Shown: piece by piece, positions 9,181-17,357 of the stretch
Numbering within the stretch: position 1 is the first letter of the stretch
Layout of the letters: each line of letters opens with the position of its first letter
IMG/VR virus record: IMGVR_UViG_3300025608_000081
Span: 1-25,908 of that record
Reading direction: 5' to 3' (one strand)
DNA from: a virus
Taxonomy: Duplodnaviria > Caudoviricetes
DNA: 25,908 nucleotides
The notes under the pieces: model-generated
The model's database searches: none
Told to the model about the DNA's origin: nothing
The model's input: only the letters and a program-made list of their open reading frames with translations
Made by a program: the position numbers and the translations under genes

Positions 9181-9390
9181 ATGTTGATTTCATCACTTGA
9201 AAAAATGGAAGACGTCGTAAGTAAAAACAAGAATCTTCGTTGGAATGGTTGGGATGTAATTTTTTCCTACCCATCCGAGAAGGCTAGAACTTCAAAGTTT
9301 GGTGCCCGAGTCGCTGGGGTATGGCACCTCCAGAGGATCATTAAGCTAACCTCAGATGGATGGCACATCCCTAAGAATTATGTGAGGTAG
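9181..9390 (+). CDS. Hypothetical phage protein
   Basis: 69 aa ORF in operon context with AGGGA RBS. Confidence 0.7.
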   Translation: MLISSLEKMEDVVSKNKNLRWNGWDVIFSYPSEKARTSKFGARVAGVWHLQRIIKLTSDGWHIPKNYVR

Positions 9391-9391
9391 T

Positions 9392-9682
9392 ATGGATAAG
9401 CATGAGTGGAAAGATAACGCTGCATGCCTAGGCTATGACACCAACTTCTTTTTTGATAAGTATGAAGAAGATGAGACATTTCGACCAGCAATTGACAAGC
9501 TTTGCTCTGGGTGTCCTGTAGCTAAGCAATGCTTTGCTGTAGGCGTTTCCCAAAAAGAGTGGGGCGTTTGGGGCGGAGTATACATAGAAAATGGCAAGAT
9601 CTCTAGAGAGTTTAATCGACATAGATCCAAGCCCGACTGGGCAGCAACATGGCAGTACCTGACGATTGAGCAAAAGAAATGA
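9392..9682 (+). CDS. whiB: WhiB-family Fe-S transcription factor
   Basis: W..AAC...FF, CSGCPV..QC, WGVWGG; four conserved Cys. Confidence 0.92.
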   Translation: MDKHEWKDNAACLGYDTNFFFDKYEEDETFRPAIDKLCSGCPVAKQCFAVGVSQKEWGVWGGVYIENGKISREFNRHRSKPDWAATWQYLTIEQKK

Positions 9683-9795
9683 GTCTGCTTTTAATACAAC
9701 TATTTATACTGATTGGCGTTTGGATAAACGTTTTTCTTGGTATAATTGCACTTAGGGACAGGAGAAAAAAACAATGGCCTACACAGATGAAATGA
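9679..9795 (+). CDS. 38-aa membrane microprotein (not in ORF track)
   Basis: ATGA overlap with the whiB stop; MSLLLIQLFILIGVWINVFLGIIALRDRRKKQWPTQMK (TM segment plus basic tail). Confidence 0.55.
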   Translation: MSLLLIQLFILIGVWINVFLGIIALRDRRKKQWPTQMK

Positions 9796-10010
9796 GAAGG
9801 GCGGCTAGATCAATCGAGCCACCCGCAAACTTCTACGTTGACATTATTGATAACGATAACTTCTTGTCGGTAAGGGCAAGCGAAGAGGTTTTTATGAGGC
9901 TAGACGACTATGGGAAGCGTCAAGCGGTTGCTTACATGGTAAGGCTCAAGAAAGCTTTAGAAGACAACGGGGCTATCGTTCTGTTGGTTAGAGAAGGGGG
10001 AGAAGAATGA
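9774..10010 (+). CDS. Hypothetical phage protein
   Basis: AGGAG RBS; upstream TGGTATAAT. Confidence 0.75.
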   Translation: MAYTDEMRRAARSIEPPANFYVDIIDNDNFLSVRASEEVFMRLDDYGKRQAVAYMVRLKKALEDNGAIVLLVREGGEE

Positions 10011-10405
10011 TCCAAACAATCTTAGAAATTGCTTTGGCTGTAGGGGTCGCTTCAGTTGCTGGCTTTTTAATTATTAGTAATGTTTTAGTTAGGTTAAAGA
10101 ATAGAGAGCTATTTATTAAAGCTGCTCAGGCAGAGGTAGACAGGACAACCGTTTACCAGCAAGCACAGGAAATCTTTAAGGCTGAATATGAAAAGTCAAC
10201 TAGCAATGACGGGTTTCTCAAGTTCATGTCTACCTCAAGGGAGTGGGCATTCGAGTACATTGAAGAAGTACAAAAAGATCTATATGAGTTAAAAGATTAT
10301 TTTCATAACACTGGCTCATCCCCCAAAACTGTGGCACAAGCTCAAGAGCTTAATAAGTTAATCTTAAAAGTCTTGTCTCACTTACCAGACGAAGGGAAGA
10401 AATAA
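10007..10405 (+). CDS. Hypothetical protein with N-terminal TM
   Basis: ATGA overlap; hydrophobic N-terminus followed by a helical region. Confidence 0.75.
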   Translation: MIQTILEIALAVGVASVAGFLIISNVLVRLKNRELFIKAAQAEVDRTTVYQQAQEIFKAEYEKSTSNDGFLKFMSTSREWAFEYIEEVQKDLYELKDYFHNTGSSPKTVAQAQELNKLILKVLSHLPDEGKK

Positions 10406-10801
10406 ATGTATAACTATGAAGCTAAAGTTACAAAAGTAATTGATGGAGACACAATAGATCTGCATATTGATCTTGGATTTAAAGTTGGCTTTAACACTAG
10501 AATTAGAGTAATTGGTGTTGACACCCCCGAAAAGTGGCACCCCTACGGCAAAGTCGTAAAGGCCTACCTGCAGGAGCTTCTGATGGACAAGACTGTTATG
10601 CTGGATGTAACCAAGAAGGACAAGTACGGCAGATACCTTGGAGTTATTTATTTAAACAAAGATGATAAGCAGTCTGTTAATGATCACCTAATTGAAATTA
10701 ATATGGCTAAAGCATATCACGGTGCTTCTCGTGCAGATCTGTGGACAGAAGAAGAACTCCAGCAAACATCGCATCCGCTCTTGACAAAACTCCAAGCTTA
10801 A
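10406..10801 (+). CDS. Thermonuclease (SNase-like)
   Basis: VIDGDTI, RIRVIGVDTPE and DKYGRYLG motifs. Confidence 0.9.
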   Translation: MYNYEAKVTKVIDGDTIDLHIDLGFKVGFNTRIRVIGVDTPEKWHPYGKVVKAYLQELLMDKTVMLDVTKKDKYGRYLGVIYLNKDDKQSVNDHLIEINMAKAYHGASRADLWTEEELQQTSHPLLTKLQA

Positions 10802-10809
10802 AATATACT
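10781..10809 (+). promoter_or_regulatory. SigA-type promoter, leaderless
   Basis: TTGACA-N17-TATACT-N6-ATG (10816). Confidence 0.78.
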
Positions 10810-10815
10810 GAGTGT

Positions 10816-11367
10816 ATGAACATATTTTACTTGGACAACGACACAGAGAAGTGTGCAGAGTACCACCTAGACAAGCATGTTGTGAAGATGATTCTGGAGT
10901 ACTGTCAGCTTCTATCTACCGCTCACAGGCTCTCAGACGGGCTGCAGGAGCCAGGGTTTTCAAAGACTGGTCGTAATGTAAAGCGGTGGAGATTGCTTGA
11001 CGACAGAGATGCTGTGATGTATCAAGCCACACACATTAATCATCCTTCTGCAGTATGGGCCAGGGCAAGCAAAGAAAACTATGTGTGGCTATCAGATCTT
11101 CTTGTAAAGCTATGTAAAGAATACACCAGGCGATACGGCAAGGTACACAAGTGTGAGGCAGATGGCTTAGTAAAAGCATTACAGCAAACTCCCAACGGTA
11201 TCAGATCGAAAGGTTTCACACAGCCTACACCAGCTATGCCTGACGAGTACAAGAGTGATGATTCTATTAAATCTTATAGAACGTACTACATCAAAGATAA
11301 AAGTTACATTGCTTCTTGGAAAACACGAGAAGTTCCTTCATGGTACAATAATACTGTCCCCGTATAG
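10816..11367 (+). CDS. Pyrimidine-dimer DNA glycosylase / endonuclease V-like protein
   Basis: MNIFYLD...DKHVVKMILE..QLLSTAH...THINHPSAVW family signature; start moved to 10816. Confidence 0.75.
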   Translation: MNIFYLDNDTEKCAEYHLDKHVVKMILEYCQLLSTAHRLSDGLQEPGFSKTGRNVKRWRLLDDRDAVMYQATHINHPSAVWARASKENYVWLSDLLVKLCKEYTRRYGKVHKCEADGLVKALQQTPNGIRSKGFTQPTPAMPDEYKSDDSIKSYRTYYIKDKSYIASWKTREVPSWYNNTVPV

Positions 11368-11440
11368 GATCTTAGGATGGATTAGTTACCCATTTTGTTG
11401 AGACCGAGGCCTTCGTGCCTGAATTTCACTATACGGGGAC
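11356..11440 (+). ncRNA. Putative structured small RNA (three-way junction)
   Basis: Perfect 12-bp terminal stem GTCCCCGTATAG/CTATACGGGGAC enclosing two internal hairpins; TGG-TACAAT lies 6 nt before the first G. Confidence 0.6.
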
Positions 11441-11452
11441 CTCTTCTTGCTA

Positions 11453-11481
11453 TTGACAAAAAGTAACACCCTTGATAGAAT
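11453..11481 (+). promoter_or_regulatory. SigA-type promoter, leaderless
   Basis: TTGACA-N17-TAGAAT-N6-ATG (11488). Confidence 0.8.
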
Positions 11482-11487
11482 ATAGGT

Positions 11488-12510
11488 ATGAAAAAATACA
11501 TTGCATTTATAGCATCTTCGACAATTATTCTTAGCGGCTGTGCGCTAGAAGATACATCAAGAATTACCGATGGTGAAGCCAATGGCTTGACAAGCATTGA
11601 GGAGGTCAGCCTCGAAATAGACCCTGTTGGGTACGAAATAGCTCCGGCTTTTGAAACTGACTGGCCCACCTCTTTTGATCGAGACGAACTCGTATCGTCT
11701 TCACTAAACAAGATGTTTGACAGCTTTGACGCTCGCAAGCCGAAATTCGATGAAAGCAAGATTGATGTCTATATTGACCCCAGGATACCCGAACAGCACC
11801 ACGGCTGGATTACAGAACTTTCTGAACACACGATCTTAATGATGTCAAGTGAGATTGATGAAAAAGTTAGCTTGATTGTAGGAGCTAACGCCCATTTCAT
11901 GCACGAGATGGTAGATGAAAATAACTTGGACATGCCAATGGTTGATAATTTTGGTCAAAATCTCAGGCCCTGTGACTACGGCTGGGGGGCTTGCTCTGGA
12001 GGTAATACTATGTATGTAGGCTCTAGCTTAAGGGGGCTAAGTATCCTAGATAGGTCGCCACAATTTGCAAGAATGTTGTCCCATAAATCACTGCATGTAG
12101 TGCAGGACCACGTTGATCATGCAAGTGGTGGGCAGACTCCTCCCAGAAGCATGGAAAACTTTAGGCCAGTCTGGTTTGTAGAAGGGTTCGCAGAGTTTTA
12201 TGCCTATGCCTTGAATGACTACTTAGAGCTGCACCCGTACCATAAATCACAAAATAGGTGGTTTGAATATGCCTCTCTGAGAGACTTAGAAGAGTGGAAT
12301 TCTGAAAAGTCTGAGGACAAATATCTGTGGGGCCAAGTAGCAATCGAATACATTGTCGCTAACGCTGGCTTTGAAGCCTTAGTTCATCTTTACCGACTTC
12401 TTGAAGAAGGGCAGACCTTTGAAGATGCGTTTCGCAATAGTATTGGGATAAGCCTAGGTGAATTTTATGAAGCGTTTGATGAGTGGGCCGTTTCTCAGTA
12501 TTCGGAGTAA
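11488..12510 (+). CDS. Lipoprotein with gluzincin/peptidase-MA-like domain and altered HExxH
   Basis: Signal peptide with lipobox LSGC; HKSLH followed by PVWFVEGFAE. Confidence 0.7.
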   Translation: MKKYIAFIASSTIILSGCALEDTSRITDGEANGLTSIEEVSLEIDPVGYEIAPAFETDWPTSFDRDELVSSSLNKMFDSFDARKPKFDESKIDVYIDPRIPEQHHGWITELSEHTILMMSSEIDEKVSLIVGANAHFMHEMVDENNLDMPMVDNFGQNLRPCDYGWGACSGGNTMYVGSSLRGLSILDRSPQFARMLSHKSLHVVQDHVDHASGGQTPPRSMENFRPVWFVEGFAEFYAYALNDYLELHPYHKSQNRWFEYASLRDLEEWNSEKSEDKYLWGQVAIEYIVANAGFEALVHLYRLLEEGQTFEDAFRNSIGISLGEFYEAFDEWAVSQYSE

Positions 12511-13211
12511 AGCTCTCTTCGATGCCACATTTCCACATAGTTGTTCCCGCCTGGTAGATTGTTAACCCCAGGCTCAAGCATTGTTGGCTTATATAGTGCA
12601 AATGGCTCTGTGCTCCCTCTATAATAAAAGCCCCTCCTCCTATTTGTGACGTGCCATATAAATTCTCCATAGACTTGTCTGTGATCTTCTGGCAAATTGT
12701 GAGATGCCACAGCTGCGCCCAAGACATTGGGCCCAGTGGGGCAGGATGGGCTAAAACCATAGTACATATTGTTAACATTTTCAACAGCAAAAGCTAATGC
12801 TTTTTGGATTGCAGGATGGTTTGGCTCTGCATAAAATAAACCATTTTGAATTCCCCATGGGGCAATAGCCGTTAGCTGGGTTTCTCCAAAAATAATAAGT
12901 TCTTTGTTTTGAATGTGGGGGTCTTGAGAGCTAACCTGGATATAGTTATTTAAATCAACATACCAGCCACCGAACTTTTTAATAATATATAATCTAAATA
13001 TATCTGATTGCAGAGCGCCAGCATTTATTTTTTTTATAGCTTGCAGCACTTCCGTGGCATTATCTTCTTCTAAAAGCCTGATTGCTTCTGTAAAGTTCCA
13101 TAACTTATATTCGCCATCTGGCATAAAGCCTTCAAGATTATTTTTGTTGGGAGGAACATATCCTGTTAAGTCTTGCTTAGAAAAAGCAATTTGGTGTATT
13201 TTTTTTATCAT
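12495..13211 (-). CDS. Glycosyltransferase, GT32/OCH1-like
   Basis: MIKKIHQI, YKLW, SDIFRLYII..FGGWYVD, NGLFYAEPNHP and TGP motifs. Confidence 0.85.
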   Translation of the reverse strand: MIKKIHQIAFSKQDLTGYVPPNKNNLEGFMPDGEYKLWNFTEAIRLLEEDNATEVLQAIKKINAGALQSDIFRLYIIKKFGGWYVDLNNYIQVSSQDPHIQNKELIIFGETQLTAIAPWGIQNGLFYAEPNHPAIQKALAFAVENVNNMYYGFSPSCPTGPNVLGAAVASHNLPEDHRQVYGEFIWHVTNRRRGFYYRGSTEPFALYKPTMLEPGVNNLPGGNNYVEMWHRRELYSEY

Positions 13212-13269
13212 GCTTACAACTATACCAAAAAAAGTGATTTATTGTTTTTTTGTGTGGTAAAATAATTAA

Positions 13270-14013
13270 ATGAAAGACTTGACAGAGGCAGACTACAAAG
13301 AGTTTGACGTAAATAGACTAAAAGAGATTTGGGAACCCCGTAAAGAGTATATCGAAAAAGATTTATGGGTAATTAGAAACTTCCTTTCTGAGAAAGAAAT
13401 TTTGTGGCTAAGTGAGCTAGCAAATGACCCAGAGGGTTGGTATATAACCATGAGATCGCCTTATGGGGGCAACACAAGAAACAAGTTTATCGGGTATGTC
13501 CCAGAGCATGACGAAAACGGCAAGGTCTTGCTTCCGAGCCCAAACTCTAAACATAAATCAACTCAGTGGAACAGATTTTCTATAAATGCACGGGTCGAGT
13601 CGGTTGTGATTGCTGAGACTGATGGCGTCGGAACTCTTCAGTCGTTCTTTGAGGTTCCAGATGAGCAGATTATGGCTGAGCTAGGTCATGATGTAGACTA
13701 TGCTATGGACTTTCATTATGAAAGAGATGATGATGAAGAGCATTTTGGGAAGCCATCAGATTCTAATGCCGAGGGCAAAATAACTGCGGCATACAGCATT
13801 TACATAAATGATAACTATGATGGCGGGTTGCTAGAATTTAAAAATAAAAATTATTCTATTGAGCCAGAGCCAGGCATGCTAATAAACATACCACTATACA
13901 AAGAATTTGAGCACAGAATTAGCAAGGTTACTAACGGCAATCGACATACTCTATACGGCAGAAGCTGGGACAGCGCAGAAAACAAACACCTATCTACCAG
14001 CGAAGATTGTTGA
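13270..14013 (+). CDS. 2OG-Fe(II) oxygenase (prolyl-4-hydroxylase-like), paralog 1
   Basis: IRNFLS, FHYE, IYINDNYDGG.LEF and HRISKVTNGNR motifs; leaderless TGG-TAAAAT-N6-ATG. Confidence 0.85.
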   Translation: MKDLTEADYKEFDVNRLKEIWEPRKEYIEKDLWVIRNFLSEKEILWLSELANDPEGWYITMRSPYGGNTRNKFIGYVPEHDENGKVLLPSPNSKHKSTQWNRFSINARVESVVIAETDGVGTLQSFFEVPDEQIMAELGHDVDYAMDFHYERDDDEEHFGKPSDSNAEGKITAAYSIYINDNYDGGLLEFKNKNYSIEPEPGMLINIPLYKEFEHRISKVTNGNRHTLYGRSWDSAENKHLSTSEDC

Positions 14014-14026
14014 TATAATCTAATTA

Positions 14027-14500
14027 ATGAAAATTTGTCTAATAGCCAACAATCCAAGGGTATGTAATGTACCAGATGAATATGATTTATATGTTCACTT
14101 TAATTGGGCAAACAATTTTGCCTTAACTCCAGGCAATAAAAATATTATGGCCATGAGGTACAACGATCTTATGAAGAGGCTTCAGCGAGTTAAGTGGCAC
14201 GACTATTGCAATTATGCACAACAAACGATTGCAATCGGGATACCCACTTTAATTAGAACAATAGATAAAAATGTTGAGATTATTGACACTACATCAATGC
14301 CTGCCCCGCCAGATACAGAGCCGTATCCTACTTCTGGGTTTGCTGCAATACATTACTACCTTAGAAAAGGTTATGATGTCACTGTGTGTGGATTTGACAT
14401 AGAAAAAGCAATTTATTATAAAAGGTCTAGACACCCGCTTGATTGGGAAAAAGAACAGATTGCCAACCTTCTATCTGAAGGCAAAATTAAAAGCATCTGA
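14027..14500 (+). CDS. GT29 (sialyltransferase)-like protein
   Basis: ICLIAN, PTSGF, VCGFD and HPLDWE resemble sialylmotifs L, S and VS. Confidence 0.55.
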   Translation: MKICLIANNPRVCNVPDEYDLYVHFNWANNFALTPGNKNIMAMRYNDLMKRLQRVKWHDYCNYAQQTIAIGIPTLIRTIDKNVEIIDTTSMPAPPDTEPYPTSGFAAIHYYLRKGYDVTVCGFDIEKAIYYKRSRHPLDWEKEQIANLLSEGKIKSI

Positions 14501-14512
14501 TATACTAGAAGC

Positions 14513-15778
14513 ATGCCATATTCAGTTGGAGAAAAAGGATCTTACGGTTGCTCGGGTTACCCTGTCGTAAAGGACGGAACTAGCGAGGTTATGGGCTGCC
14601 ATGATTCTGCCGCAGCAGCACAGAAACAGATTACTGCAATTAATATGAGTGAAGCTGAGAAGGGTAAAAAGAAAATGACATCAGCAATGGGACAGCCAGA
14701 GCCAGCATCGTATGCACAATCACACTTTAACTGGAGCACACCAGTTCGTAAACCAGAACGATCAAGTTTTAGCATCGGCAAGGCTGATGCACCAGCGGGA
14801 GCTGAGATTAAAGAGGGCGACTATGTAATGGGAGAAACCATGGAGGGCACCGTACACGGTCGTGTGGAGCACATCATGTGGGAAGGTGGCGTCCTAGGAT
14901 CTCCTGAGGGAGAATACTCTTTGCAGTCTATGCCTCCAGAGAACCCCGCAATGTCTGTCCGCATCTTTGACGAGATCCCTGGGGGATGGGAAGAGACAGC
15001 ATACAGCATTGGAATGATGTATAAAGATGCACAGAAAATTGATATTAACAATCACACCATGGGCGAAGACAAAGGCTATGGTAAAGATGACATGTACAAG
15101 GCAGATACTTATGCCCCAACTAGCGGTATGAAAGCTGCTGCACGTCGTGCCATTAAGTGGAAAGAAGATGGCAAGGCTAAGGGTGCTGGAACCGCAGTTG
15201 GCTGGGGTAGAGCACGAGACATCGTAGCAGGTAGATCAATGTCTCTTAGTGTAGTTAAGCGTATGTATTCTTTCTTCTCCCGTCATGAGGTTGACAAGAA
15301 GGGCAAGGGTTTTTATGATGGCCCCGACTTCCCGTCTAAGGGGCGTGTAATGTGGGACGCTTGGGGCGGAGACGCTGGCTTTAGCTGGTCTCGTAAAATT
15401 GCTGAGCGTGAAAGCAAAAAGTCTGACGACTTGGGCGAAGCTATCTTTAGCCTTGGAAATGCAGAAGCTCTGAAGGCCTCAAAGCAAGCAAGAACAGAGT
15501 CCTGGTTTGAGATGCGCTCTGAGCAATCAGAAATAGATTTAGTAGAAAAGGCTGACTCGGTTAGAGTTGGGCAAATGGTATCCTGGAATTCTTCTGGCGG
15601 AACAGCCAGGGGAAAGGTAAAAAGAATTATTACTAACGGATCATACAAGGTTCCTGGAACAGACGTAACAGTAACTGGAACTAAAGAAGAGCCAGCCGCA
15701 GTTATTACCCTGTATAGGGACGGAGAGCCAACAGATACCGTCGTAGCTCATAAAGTAAAGACTCTAAGGGCGTCTTAA
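14513..15778 (+). CDS. Multidomain phage protein (two Tudor/SH3-like modules plus a central conserved phage domain)
   Basis: IKEGDYV...GRVEHI and VRVGQMVSWNSSGGTARGKV (DUF2945-like); central MYSFFSRH...WDAWGGDAG domain; leaderless TGA-TATACT-N6-ATG. Confidence 0.7.
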   Translation: MPYSVGEKGSYGCSGYPVVKDGTSEVMGCHDSAAAAQKQITAINMSEAEKGKKKMTSAMGQPEPASYAQSHFNWSTPVRKPERSSFSIGKADAPAGAEIKEGDYVMGETMEGTVHGRVEHIMWEGGVLGSPEGEYSLQSMPPENPAMSVRIFDEIPGGWEETAYSIGMMYKDAQKIDINNHTMGEDKGYGKDDMYKADTYAPTSGMKAAARRAIKWKEDGKAKGAGTAVGWGRARDIVAGRSMSLSVVKRMYSFFSRHEVDKKGKGFYDGPDFPSKGRVMWDAWGGDAGFSWSRKIAERESKKSDDLGEAIFSLGNAEALKASKQARTESWFEMRSEQSEIDLVEKADSVRVGQMVSWNSSGGTARGKVKRIITNGSYKVPGTDVTVTGTKEEPAAVITLYRDGEPTDTVVAHKVKTLRAS

Positions 15779-15779
15779 T

Positions 15780-16523
15780 ATGGCAGACTATCCAGCAGCG
15801 GACTACGCAGAGCGTGATCCACAAAGGCTAAAAGAGATTTGGGAACCTCGTAAAGAGTATATCGAAAAAGATTTGTGGGTAATTAGAAACTTCCTTTCTG
15901 AAGAAGAGGTTGCTTGGGTGAATGCTTTTGCAAACAACCCCGACGACTGGTACATAACAAAAAGATCTCCATATGGTGGCAACACTAGAAATAAGTTTAT
16001 TGGATATGTCGCAGAGTATAACGATGAGGGCATAATGATTTTGCCTGGAGACAACTCTAAAATTGTAACAACTCAGTGGAGAGAGTGGCCAACCAGAGAG
16101 CGGATGGAGGCAGTGGTTCCAAAACAGTTCATGGGGGCGGATGCACTTCAGTCGTTTTTTCACGTTCCAGATGAGCAGATCGTAGCGGAGCTTGGCCACA
16201 ACGTAGAGTATGCAATGGACTTCCACTATGAAAGAGATGATGAGGAGGGGGTTGACGGGAAGCCCGAAGACTCTACTGCTACAGGCCACATAACAGCAAC
16301 AATCACTATTTATATTAACGATGATTACGAAGGCGGAGTCTTAGAGTTCAAAAATAAAGACTATGTTGTTGAGGCAGAGCCAGGCATGTTAGTAAACATC
16401 CCTCTGTCAAAGGAGTTTGAGCACCGAGTCTCTAAGGTTACTTCTGGGAATAGGCACACCCTATACGGCAGAAGCTGGGACGACGTAAACGAGCGTCACG
16501 TTTCAACCAACGAGTGCTGCTAG
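15780..16523 (+). CDS. 2OG-Fe(II) oxygenase, paralog 2
   Basis: Same length (247 aa) and motifs as 13270-14013. Confidence 0.85.
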   Translation: MADYPAADYAERDPQRLKEIWEPRKEYIEKDLWVIRNFLSEEEVAWVNAFANNPDDWYITKRSPYGGNTRNKFIGYVAEYNDEGIMILPGDNSKIVTTQWREWPTRERMEAVVPKQFMGADALQSFFHVPDEQIVAELGHNVEYAMDFHYERDDEEGVDGKPEDSTATGHITATITIYINDDYEGGVLEFKNKDYVVEAEPGMLVNIPLSKEFEHRVSKVTSGNRHTLYGRSWDDVNERHVSTNECC

Positions 16524-17320
16524 ACAGTTCCCTTTTTACCAGTACCAGCATAGCCTTCTTCTAGAAAATGCTCAAGGGCTGGATCATAGTCTGAATCTCT
16601 GGTTTCCATCTTGTAGCCCATGTCTTGGCCGTCTGTGGGGTTCTGCTGGTTGCTACCAGTGTCAAACCTTTCATTAGCTTTTGCTACGTGTGAAATAAAT
16701 GAGGTTAGAACATATCGCTCTCCATCACCTGTGACCTCTGTAACTCCGTGAAGCCTGCTGGCTCTAAAGATAATGACAGAACCTGCGGGGGGCTTAATTT
16801 CAATTGACAGATCTTCGTCTTTAAAGTACAAGTATCCACCTTCATAATCATCATTAAGATAAACAACTGTGGCCAGCTTCAGAGCTGGATTGCAGTCAGT
16901 ATCTCTGTGATCTTCTAGTCCAACACCCTTGTAGTGCCTGTGCATCACACCGTACATGCCACTGGGGTATTCTTCTGGCAAGATAGCGTTTACTCTGTCT
17001 GTAACGTTGTTTACAGTCTGTTCTAATTCTGGAATTGTAGACCTGGTTTGAGTCATGTTTCTTGGAATAAGCATAAGCTTGCCCTCTTCGATTAGGCTAG
17101 CGATGTCTGTTCTTCCATAAAACTGTTCTCCCTTTTTCTCTAGTTCTTTTAGATAAAAAAAGTACCACTGTGGGGGTAGGGTATTGCGTGCGAGATCTTG
17201 AAACTCTTGGATCTCTTCTTTGCTTAAAAAGTTTTTAATGAGAAAAGCATCATTTGCAAGCTTGTCGTACTCATAACCCTTTTCTTTAAGAGAGTTTTCT
17301 AAATAATCTTCAATAATCAA
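16520..17320 (-). CDS. 2OG-Fe(II) oxygenase (minus strand; ORF track label is wrong)
   Basis: The protein reads on the reverse complement (TTG at 17320 after AAGGAG; TAG at 16520-16522). Motifs HRD, YLNDDYEGG and HGVTEVTGDGER. Confidence 0.85.
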   Translation of the reverse strand: MIIEDYLENSLKEKGYEYDKLANDAFLIKNFLSKEEIQEFQDLARNTLPPQWYFFYLKELEKKGEQFYGRTDIASLIEEGKLMLIPRNMTQTRSTIPELEQTVNNVTDRVNAILPEEYPSGMYGVMHRHYKGVGLEDHRDTDCNPALKLATVVYLNDDYEGGYLYFKDEDLSIEIKPPAGSVIIFRASRLHGVTEVTGDGERYVLTSFISHVAKANERFDTGSNQQNPTDGQDMGYKMETRDSDYDPALEHFLEEGYAGTGKKGTV

Positions 17321-17357
17321 TCTTTTCTCCTTGTTCTAGAATAATTATACTATATCT

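Noticed and set aside
11356-11440. Hammerhead ribozyme, tRNA or simple intrinsic terminator
   Set aside because: No CUGANGA core on either strand and no cloverleaf; a 61-nt structured interior is too large for a standard terminator hairpin.
16520-17320. Plus-strand label for this ORF in the supplied track
   Set aside because: The listed protein is encoded by the reverse complement (TTG at 17320, TAG at 16520-16522), so it is annotated on the minus strand.
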